DNA of 64,000 nucleotides from Candidatus Parvarchaeota archaeon (GTDB taxonomy: Archaea; Nanobdellota; Nanobdellia; WJKC01): positions 15,299 through 79,298 of the forward strand of contig JAFCFT010000002.1 in the NCBI GenBank assembly GCA_017608505.1. Reading direction: 5' to 3'. The notes under the pieces are model-generated. The model was not told the origin of the DNA and did no database searches. It saw only the letters and a list, made by a program, of their open reading frames with translations. This document shows positions 56,958 to 64,000 of the stretch, piece after piece. Made by a program: the position numbers and the translations under genes. Numbering within the stretch: the stretch's first letter is position 1; each line of letters starts with the position of its first letter.

Positions 56958-57668
56958 TATCCAAGTTCCTTTAAGCCAATTGTCGAGTCCGCAGACGTGT
57001 GCCGGAATTTTATTTTCATAATGCACTTTTGCTGCACCTTTGCTTATAACTTTTTTAATTACGCCTTTAGTAACTTCATTGTACAAGTCCTTGCATGATA
57101 TGCATTCTAATAACCTGCCGTTCGCCTTGCCATTTATGCTCTTTGAGTAAATTCCGCCGCTATCTTTTAAATATATGTTTAGGGAATTGCAGATATTTTT
57201 TCCAAGAAGCGCTGCAACATCATCACTGCCATTTGAAACAAGACTTGGGTGCCCATTTTTTCCTAAAATGCCGTAACCTACAACTAAACAAGGGTTGTTG
57301 TTATTAAACATCCCATTTGGCGCAAATTCAACATTTTCATGGTTTTTAATGTCTCCTATGAGCGGATGCTCTTCATTTTCCATTAAATATGTGTTGCATT
57401 TTATTCCAATGTTTTTAAGTGCATGATCTAAATATCTTACAGCTATGCGTTCGCCTTCTATTAAGTCATATGGATCTTTTGAGAAAGTCTTTATCATTTG
57501 CGTTAAATTTTCCCATGCAGAGACTACTGCAATTACTTTTATTTTATTTTTGTATAAATTTTTAATTAATGCTGCATTTTTTGCGATATCTTTTTTTGTC
57601 TTTTGCTGACTGCCCCCTATTTTTAAAATATACACAGGTTTTGCAAAGGATTTTGGACTCATGCTCAA
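56943..57668 (-). CDS. Amino-acid-kinase-fold protein (isopentenyl phosphate kinase/FomA-like), divergent
   Basis: 'VYILKIGGS' N-terminal motif and 'SNGSDDVAALLG...IYLKDSGGIYS' nucleotide-binding region. The IPK-type 'HGGG' His motif was not seen. Confidence 0.4.
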   Translation of the reverse strand: MSMSPKSFAKPVYILKIGGSQQKTKKDIAKNAALIKNLYKNKIKVIAVVSAWENLTQMIKTFSKDPYDLIEGERIAVRYLDHALKNIGIKCNTYLMENEEHPLIGDIKNHENVEFAPNGMFNNNNPCLVVGYGILGKNGHPSLVSNGSDDVAALLGKNICNSLNIYLKDSGGIYSKSINGKANGRLLECISCKDLYNEVTKGVIKKVISKGAAKVHYENKIPAHVCGLDNWLKGTWILPFS

Positions 57669-57770
57669 ACACCAGAAGAATTATGAGCAAGGCTATTAAA
57701 ATTTATACATTGTGGTTGTGTAGCTGCCTTGCATTAATTTAAAAATAACTTCTTTTACTTAAAAAATTTT

Positions 57771-58325
57771 CTATATCCATCCAAAGTCTTCCAGCATTTC
57801 AATTACTTGGGTTTTTAAGTCTGATATCGAACCGTCATTATTTATCACTCTTGAAGCATAGCTCCAAACTTTATCCAAATTAAACTTTTCAATTTCTAAC
57901 TTCTCATGTTTTAAGAACTCTTCAAATGTTTTTGGGAAGCCTGGCCTGCCTCTTAATTTCATTCTTTCAAATCTTTTTTTAGGGTCTGTCTCTACTAACA
58001 CAAATATGATTTCTGGAAACGCTTTTTTAAGATGCTCCACATCAACTAAAAGTCTAATGCCGTCAATTACAACCTTGTCCCAACCTTTTTCTTTAATTCT
58101 TTCAATCACTTTTTTAATAAAATATGCAGGGTCTTTGCTGCGCAATTCTTCACTTATTTTAGTTGTGATTTCCCTTGTAGGCTTAAGCCCTCTTTTTGCA
58201 ACTTCTTCCCTTACCAAATCTCCTATTGTTATTGTATGAAATCCGTATTCTTTTTCAAGTATGTTTGCGACAGTTCCTTTGCCGCAGCCTATTGCTCCCA
58301 TTAATCCCAGCACTTTCAAAGCCAC
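57771..58325 (-). CDS. P-loop nucleoside/nucleotide kinase (archaeal adenylate/dephospho-CoA kinase-like small kinase)
   Basis: 'GLMGAIGCGKGTVA' Walker A, about 184 aa, lid-like 'RGRPG'. Confidence 0.5.
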   Translation of the reverse strand: MALKVLGLMGAIGCGKGTVANILEKEYGFHTITIGDLVREEVAKRGLKPTREITTKISEELRSKDPAYFIKKVIERIKEKGWDKVVIDGIRLLVDVEHLKKAFPEIIFVLVETDPKKRFERMKLRGRPGFPKTFEEFLKHEKLEIEKFNLDKVWSYASRVINNDGSISDLKTQVIEMLEDFGWI

Positions 58326-58597
58326 GCACCTCTTAAACTTTTATGCATTAGTGAGTACCCGCTAATTAATATTTCTGTTGCTAAAAATCCTAACAAGAAA
58401 TTAATATGTTGGGGTTGCGTCATGTTATACACTACTCCCGCGAGTATTAATCCGCACGAAATTAAAAGCACGCCAACCACTAGAAAAACCCCTCCTGCTT
58501 TGTCTTCGCTTGTAAGCATCTCAATTTTCTTTTCAATACGCTTAACTTCTTTTTTTACAGAATTTATAGCATGTTCTTCTTGAACGCTCAAAGCCAA
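58316..58597 (-). CDS. small membrane protein, paralog 1 of a tandem pair
   Basis: 93 aa with an N-terminal coiled region, two TM helices and the ending '...HKSLRGAWL'. Confidence 0.4.
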   Translation of the reverse strand: MALSVQEEHAINSVKKEVKRIEKKIEMLTSEDKAGGVFLVVGVLLISCGLILAGVVYNMTQPQHINFLLGFLATEILISGYSLMHKSLRGAWL

Positions 58598-58908
58598 TCC
58601 CCTGTAAGCCCTTTATGCGAAAGCATGAATCCTGCAATCATTATTATTATGAGGAGCGAAGATGCAAAAAAAAGCGCAAGGTATGTCATAGGATCATTGC
58701 TGCCTTTATACGCAATTGCCATTGTAAGCATGCCTCCTCCTCCCATTCCCATTAATAACCATCCAAGTACTGCAAAAACCTTGCTTCCTTTGTCAAGCTC
58801 CCTTAGCTCTTCAAGTTTGTCATTAATATCATTTAAAGTCTCTTCAATGCTCGCAAGCGCTTTATTTAATTGCGGGTTTTTAGTCTTTCTTAGAACTATG
58901 CGTTTCAT
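58588..58908 (-). CDS. small membrane protein, paralog 2 of a tandem pair
   Basis: 106 aa with the same architecture and an ending '...HKGLTGDWL' similar to its neighbour's. Confidence 0.4.
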   Translation of the reverse strand: MKRIVLRKTKNPQLNKALASIEETLNDINDKLEELRELDKGSKVFAVLGWLLMGMGGGGMLTMAIAYKGSNDPMTYLALFFASSLLIIIMIAGFMLSHKGLTGDWL

Positions 58909-58947
58909 AGAAAATAATTAAATGAGTCGCGCTTTAAAAATTTATCA

Positions 58948-59493
58948 ATGAGCCCTGTATTCAGAAACTGGCTAATTATAATGAACGTGATTGCCATATT
59001 CTACGGCTTTGCCATGTATGCGCCTCAATTAGCAAACACAAACCCTTTGTTTTGGATATTTGTCCCAGACTGTCCTCTTGCAACTGTCTTTTTTACAGCA
59101 TCACTCATGCTTTTAGCTCTTAACAAAAAAAGCAACATTCTTTTTTTGCTTTCAATGATTTCTGGCTTTAAATATGGCGTCTGGACTTGCTTTGCTATTG
59201 TTTCATACTGGAACTTTTATGTCGCTCCTAGCAATTTCATAGATTATGTAATTGACTTTTCTGCCCATGTCGGCTTATTCTTAGAACAATTTTTATTAAT
59301 AAAATACGCAACATTTAACGTTCGCAAATTAATAGCTCCTCTTGCTTTCCTCTTCTTTAATGATTTAAGCGACTATTTGCTTGCAACGCATCCGCTCCTC
59401 CCAGAATACTCTCTTTCTTTTATGTTCCCTTTTACAGTATCACTTACTGTCGCCTCAGCAGCGTTTACTTACGCAATCTTGACTCGAGCTTGA
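58948..59493 (+). CDS. multi-pass membrane protein
   Basis: 181 aa with about 5 TM helices. Confidence 0.35.
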   Translation: MSPVFRNWLIIMNVIAIFYGFAMYAPQLANTNPLFWIFVPDCPLATVFFTASLMLLALNKKSNILFLLSMISGFKYGVWTCFAIVSYWNFYVAPSNFIDYVIDFSAHVGLFLEQFLLIKYATFNVRKLIAPLAFLFFNDLSDYLLATHPLLPEYSLSFMFPFTVSLTVASAAFTYAILTRA

Positions 59494-60217
59494 CAACTGA
59501 CGCGCCTCTTTTTTCAAGCAAATAATTTTTTCTAATTAATAATCCTAATATTGCTTCTGGCGCATATTGCCACTGCGTTTTTGAAAAATTAGTTAACTTA
59601 TTAATAGCAGACTTGCATGCGCTCTTAATAAATGACTTATTTTTTTCTTTTTTCTTTGGGATTAAAATCAAATAATCATCTTTAATTTTCAAACCATACA
59701 TTTTCTTTTTTACAGGCTCAACAATATTTGAATATTCGCATGCCAGCATATTAAAGAATTCGTTATTCATCTTTCTTTTGCAAATCTTGTAAATGCCTCC
59801 TATTTCTTCATTAAATTTCACTTTAAGATAATAATACACAAGCAAAGCCTTTAAGTCAAGCATCACTTTCTTAGGATAGTACGCATTGCAGATGCGTCTG
59901 CATGTTTCATTCACAATGTCTTTTTTTATGAGCATTTCAAGATTTCTTAAAAGCTTCTCATTTTTCAATGGAATTATTTTTTCGCCAAAAAGCTTTCTTA
60001 ATTGAAGCTTGTCTGCATATTTCCCAAACACATTCAAGTCTATGTGGCTGTTGCCCATTGGGATTTTGTATTTAATCTGCGAGATATTTTTAGGAAAATA
60101 CATTCCAACATCTAAATCTGACTTTTTATTTGCATTTCCATTTGCATGAGAACCATATATAAACGCTGCAAGGCAGCCCTTTTTCTTTGCTATCTTGCTA
60201 ATAATGTTTGCATACAT
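59465..60217 (-). CDS. Nucleotidyltransferase-domain protein (Pol-beta superfamily)
   Basis: 'GSHANGNANKKSDLDVG' (GS...D.D motif). Confidence 0.5.
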   Translation of the reverse strand: MYANIISKIAKKKGCLAAFIYGSHANGNANKKSDLDVGMYFPKNISQIKYKIPMGNSHIDLNVFGKYADKLQLRKLFGEKIIPLKNEKLLRNLEMLIKKDIVNETCRRICNAYYPKKVMLDLKALLVYYYLKVKFNEEIGGIYKICKRKMNNEFFNMLACEYSNIVEPVKKKMYGLKIKDDYLILIPKKKEKNKSFIKSACKSAINKLTNFSKTQWQYAPEAILGLLIRKNYLLEKRGASVVKLESRLRK

Positions 60218-60304
60218 GTTGCTTAAACTTATAAAATGTCTTTAAAAACTTTTTGAAAGTCAACTTAAAAACATTTATAAATACTTTTTGAATAATTATT
60301 CAAA

Positions 60305-60673
60305 ATGAAAGTTGCTGTAAGTTCTAGTGGCAAAGACTTAGAAAGCCATGTAGACTTTAGGTTTGGCAGGTGCCCATATTTTATTATTGCAGATATTGAA
60401 GACAACAAAATTATAAGTTTCAAAGCAATTGAAAATATTGGGATGTCTGGAGGAGGCGCAGGAATCACTGCAGCCCAGCTTGTTGGCAATGAAGGCGTTA
60501 AAGCAGTAATTACGTTTCATATGGGTCCAAGGGCTTTTGACGTATTAAGCAGATTAGGCATTGAAGTCTACATAGGCAACGGCCTTGTTAAAGATGCTTT
60601 AAGCAAATTCATTAACAAAGAACTTGAAAAAATGACTGCGCCAATGCCTGGAAGGAGGCACGGATGGCAGTAA
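60305..60673 (+). CDS. NifX/NafY-like dinitrogenase FeMo-cofactor-binding domain protein (MTH1175-like)
   Basis: 'FGRCPYFIIAD' and 'GVKAVITFHMGPRAFDVL' are typical of this family. Confidence 0.55.
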   Translation: MKVAVSSSGKDLESHVDFRFGRCPYFIIADIEDNKIISFKAIENIGMSGGGAGITAAQLVGNEGVKAVITFHMGPRAFDVLSRLGIEVYIGNGLVKDALSKFINKELEKMTAPMPGRRHGWQ

Positions 60674-61905
60674 GCACTTTAAAAAAAGGCGAACTTGTAG
60701 TAAGGAATTCTGGAATTGTCTCTCTTTTTTTATTAGTTATCAAAATCGTTGCAGGTCTAATCACTGGAAGCATTGTGCTATTAAGCGACAGTTTGGATAG
60801 CGCTTCTGATCTTGTTGGCATGATTGCTGCATGGTTTGGCCTAAAAATTGCGCAGCGCAAGCCTACTAAGAAATTTCCATATGGTTATTATAAAGCAGAG
60901 TCCTTAGCTTCGCTTTTTGTGTCATTCTTAATATTGTACGCTTCAATCGAATTAATAATAAGCGGCGTTTCAAAAATATTTGTTAAGCCTGCGATTACTA
61001 TTCCTTTGTTTGCAATTCTTACTGCTTTTGCATCCTTAATTACTTCTTACGTCCTTTCAAGATATTTGAAGGCTAAGGGAACAGAAATTAATTCTTCGTT
61101 ATTAATCAACAGCTCAAAAGAGCGCTTAATTGATGCTGTTAAGTCAAGCATTGTGTTAGTTTCCATTATAGCAAGTTATTATGGAGTGTTTTATGTTGAA
61201 AGCATTGTCACCATCTTTATATCACTGCTAGTGCTTAGGGTTGGCCTCTTTTCAATTAAAGATTCTGTTGTCGCACTAATGGACGTAAGTCCAAGCAAAG
61301 AGGTTGAAAATAAAATCATCAATATAATTAAAGAAATAAAAGGCATTGAAGGGTACAGCGGCTTGAAATTAAGGACTTCTGGCCCATTTATTTTTGGACA
61401 TGTTAAAATCAAAGTTAAGAAGTACATCAATGTTAAAAAGGCACACGAAATTGCAGATGAACTTGAAGCCAAAGTTAAACATGCAGTCAAACAAATTGAC
61501 ACGTTTCTTGTGCATGTTGAGCCTTATAAAAGCACAAAGCAAAAAATTGTTATTCCAATAAAAGAGAACAAAGGCCTTGACTCAAAAGTAACAAGCCAAT
61601 TTGGAAGGGCTGACAACTTTATTTTCATTACATTAAAAAAAGGCAAAATAAAGTCCTTTTATGCAAAGAAAAATATCTTTAAAGGCAAAAAAATAAGGGC
61701 TGGCTTAAGCGCTGTCAAGTATGTTCTTAAAGAAAACATAGACGCTTTAGTGACTGCAAGCATTGGGGAGATTTCTTTTCATACATTAAGAGACAACTTA
61801 GTCGATGTTTACAAAACAAACGGCCTTTCTGTTAAAGACGTCGTTAGGAACTATCTAAACAACAAATTAACATTGCTAAAAAGTCCTACTAAGGGATTAA
61901 AATGA
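60664..61905 (+). CDS. Cation diffusion facilitator (CDF) transporter fused to a C-terminal NifX-like domain
   Basis: Six TM helices with 'LLSDSLDSASDL' and 'HVEP'. The C-terminal about 110 aa, 'FGRADNFIFITL...IDALVTASIGEISFHTL', is NifX-like. Confidence 0.6.
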   Translation: MAVSTLKKGELVVRNSGIVSLFLLVIKIVAGLITGSIVLLSDSLDSASDLVGMIAAWFGLKIAQRKPTKKFPYGYYKAESLASLFVSFLILYASIELIISGVSKIFVKPAITIPLFAILTAFASLITSYVLSRYLKAKGTEINSSLLINSSKERLIDAVKSSIVLVSIIASYYGVFYVESIVTIFISLLVLRVGLFSIKDSVVALMDVSPSKEVENKIINIIKEIKGIEGYSGLKLRTSGPFIFGHVKIKVKKYINVKKAHEIADELEAKVKHAVKQIDTFLVHVEPYKSTKQKIVIPIKENKGLDSKVTSQFGRADNFIFITLKKGKIKSFYAKKNIFKGKKIRAGLSAVKYVLKENIDALVTASIGEISFHTLRDNLVDVYKTNGLSVKDVVRNYLNNKLTLLKSPTKGLK

Positions 61906-62513
61906 AATTAGTAATCCTTTATGATAATGGAGGATTTTCATGCTTTGTTAAGACTGATGCAGAAACCTTGCTTTTTGACACAGGATGCGACGGCAAAAAA
62001 CTTCTAAGCAACATGGAGTTTTTGAATCTTATGCCAGAAGATGTGGATGCAATTTTTATTTCGCATGCTCACTTTGACCACACTGGTGGATTATTTGATT
62101 TCATAGAGCGCAATCCTAATGTGCGCGTTTATGTTCTAAAATCCTTTCCCAGCGCTTTTAAGACTAAAATCAAGGAATCTGGCGCCGACTTAATCGAAGT
62201 GGAAAAGCCCGTAAAATTAAATAAAAATCTTTATTCTACAGGCGAATTAGGCGCCCGCATTAAAGAGCAATCCTTAATAATAGACACGCCTAAAGGATTA
62301 GTCATCTTAACAGGATGCTCCCATCCAGGTGTTGTTACTATTGCAAAAAAAGCAATTGAACTGCACAACAAGCAAATTTATCTTCTAATTGGAGGCTTTC
62401 ATATATTTAATAATACTATCGCAAACGAACTTAAACTGCTTGGTGTCAAAAATATCATTCCATGCCATTGCTCTGGCATGGGCCACCATTTTGGAGAGAC
62501 TTTTGAAATATGA
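61902..62513 (+). CDS. Metallo-beta-lactamase-fold hydrolase
   Basis: 'ISHAHFDHTGG' and a later 'GCSHPG'. Confidence 0.7.
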   Translation: MKLVILYDNGGFSCFVKTDAETLLFDTGCDGKKLLSNMEFLNLMPEDVDAIFISHAHFDHTGGLFDFIERNPNVRVYVLKSFPSAFKTKIKESGADLIEVEKPVKLNKNLYSTGELGARIKEQSLIIDTPKGLVILTGCSHPGVVTIAKKAIELHNKQIYLLIGGFHIFNNTIANELKLLGVKNIIPCHCSGMGHHFGETFEI

Positions 62514-63328
62514 TTGTTGGCATTACTGGCGGGAAGGGAGGAACTGGCAAGTCAGTTATTGCAACCTCTCTTGCTTACGAGCTTTCAAAAAAATACAAAG
62601 TCATGCTAATAGATGCTGACGTTGACTGTCCAAACGACCATCTTATTCTTTCAATTAAAAGAATTAAAGAAAAAACTGTATTTCAAACAATTCCTAAATG
62701 GAATTATAAAAAATGCATCAAATGCGGCGCTTGCTCTAAAGCGTGCAAAGAGCATGCAATAGTTTTTGTCAAAAATAAGTTTCCAATATTTATTCCTGAA
62801 CAGTGCATTGGGTGCAAGGCTTGCATTGTTTCTTGCCCTGTCAATGCCATTGGCGAGCACAGAAAAAAAATTGGCACAATATATTCTGGCGCAAGAGAAA
62901 AGCTCAAATTTTTTTCAGGCGAATCTGTTGTAGGCTATAAAGAATCATCGCGTGTTGTCAGTTCTCTTTTAAACTTTGTTAACCCCTTAATAAAGGACTA
63001 TGACTATGTAATCATTGACACTGCTGCTGGCACGCACTGCAATGTAATAACTGCACTAATGAAATGCGATTTTGCTCTTGCTGTTACTGAACCAACTCCT
63101 TTTGGAATCCACGACCTTAGGCTAATTATCAAGTTGCTAAAAATCCTTGGCTTGCCTTACAAGACAGTTCTTAACAAGTCAACTATCAACAAAAAATTAA
63201 AACTTAAAGGTCTGATTGCAAAAATTCCATATAAAGAGTCAATACTTAAAGCGTATTGCAAAGGGATTCCAATTGAAGATGAGTCAATAAAAAATCTTGC
63301 CAAAGCATTTGAGGAGGTGCTGATTTGA
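62510..63328 (+). CDS. MinD/ParA-superfamily P-loop ATPase with an inserted 2x[4Fe-4S] ferredoxin domain
   Basis: 'GGKGGTGKS' deviant Walker A, 'CIKCGACSKAC' and 'CIGCKACIVSCP' clusters. Confidence 0.7.
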   Translation: MIVGITGGKGGTGKSVIATSLAYELSKKYKVMLIDADVDCPNDHLILSIKRIKEKTVFQTIPKWNYKKCIKCGACSKACKEHAIVFVKNKFPIFIPEQCIGCKACIVSCPVNAIGEHRKKIGTIYSGAREKLKFFSGESVVGYKESSRVVSSLLNFVNPLIKDYDYVIIDTAAGTHCNVITALMKCDFALAVTEPTPFGIHDLRLIIKLLKILGLPYKTVLNKSTINKKLKLKGLIAKIPYKESILKAYCKGIPIEDESIKNLAKAFEEVLI

Positions 63329-63714
63329 AAGGCTCTTATTGTCTTATTCTTAATATTAAAAAAGATTTTGTTGCTAAGATAGGCGCCTTAGGCAACATGT
63401 CATTTAAAAAAGGCAAGTATATCTATGTTGGTTCGGCATTAAACAATATTGACGCCCGCGTTAAGAGGCACTTAAGACGCGATAAAAAGCTCCACTGGCA
63501 CATTGACTATTTGACAATTAACCCTTTTGTTAGCATTGAAAAAGTCTTTTACAAACCTTCAGATAAAAAAGAGGAGTGCGAGATTGCACGCATTGTCAGC
63601 GCTTACGGCGCGCCAATTAAGAACTTTGGCTCAACTGACTGTTCTTGCAAAAGCCACTTATTTAAAATCAATGATTACTCGTTTCTCAACAATTTTATGA
63701 AGGTGTTAATTTGA
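63325..63714 (+). CDS. DUF123/GIY-YIG-superfamily-like small protein
   Basis: 'YIYVGSA...ARVKRHL...HWHIDYL'. Confidence 0.4.
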   Translation: MKGSYCLILNIKKDFVAKIGALGNMSFKKGKYIYVGSALNNIDARVKRHLRRDKKLHWHIDYLTINPFVSIEKVFYKPSDKKEECEIARIVSAYGAPIKNFGSTDCSCKSHLFKINDYSFLNNFMKVLI

Positions 63715-64000
63715 AAATCTTAACTATTGTGTCTGGCAAAGGAGGGACTGGCAAGACAAGCATAGCATCATCTCTTGCAATCCTCTTATCAAAGAAACAC
63801 AAAATAATGTGCGCTGACTGCGATGTTGACACGCCAAATCTGGGCTTGCTTTTAGGACTTAATGAAAAAAATTATTCTTGGAAGCGCCTTTACACTTCTG
63901 AAAAGCCTGCACTAATCAGCAACAAGTGCATTGGCTGCCGCGCGTGCCTTAACACTTGCGTCTTTAATGCAATTTCATGGAAAAATGAAAAGCCTGTCTT
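63711..64000 (+). CDS. Second MinD-like 4Fe-4S ATPase (N-terminal fragment, runs off the window)
   Basis: 'SGKGGTGKTS' and 'CIGCRACLNTC'. TTG start overlapping the previous stop. Confidence 0.6.
   Translation, partial: MKILTIVSGKGGTGKTSIASSLAILLSKKHKIMCADCDVDTPNLGLLLGLNEKNYSWKRLYTSEKPALISNKCIGCRACLNTCVFNAISWKNEKPV

Noticed and set aside
1-64000. CRISPR arrays and rRNA genes.
   Set aside because: No series of regularly spaced identical repeats and no rRNA-like conserved stretches were seen anywhere in the window.

Overview
This AT-rich (~30% GC) window is archaeal. It encodes split RNA polymerase A'/A'' and B'/B'', aEF-2, aEF-1alpha, archaeal NusA, L30e, S24e/S27ae and Kae1-Bud32. Tight gene packing, many small proteins and multi-intron tRNAs suggest a small-genome, possibly DPANN-like, lineage. 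Positions 1-24.6 kb are a conserved informational core: rpoE'-spt4-S24e-S27ae, KEOPS kae1-bud32, and the rpoH-rpoB''-rpoB'-rpoA'-rpoA''-L30e-nusA-S12-S7-fusA-tuf-S10 cluster, followed by isoprenoid/lipid genes. The core has a few lineage-specific insertions: an archaemetzincin-like gene, a hypothetical gene, and two short hairpin insertions flanked by long direct repeats at gene junctions. Positions ~26.4-51.9 kb look like an integrated ~25.5 kb mobile/defence island inserted at the 3' end of tRNA-Asp. It has 12-bp att-like direct repeats and a tyrosine integrase next to the tRNA. It carries a Type I RM operon with an embedded unknown gene, a CARF-wHTH (Csa3-like) regulator, a single-chain Type IIG-like RM enzyme and a solo Cas4-like nuclease. 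It also carries two N-terminally truncated TFB paralogs (cyclin core only). No CRISPR array or rRNA was seen. Two tRNA genes (about 205 and 222 nt) appear to contain 2 and 3 introns, including a non-canonical intron at T-loop position 59/60. The 3' end encodes a metal/Fe-S-related cluster: NifX-like, CDF-NifX fusion, MBL-fold, MinD-like 4Fe-4S ATPases. Everything is inferred by eye from the sequence and ORF translations; no database searches were run.
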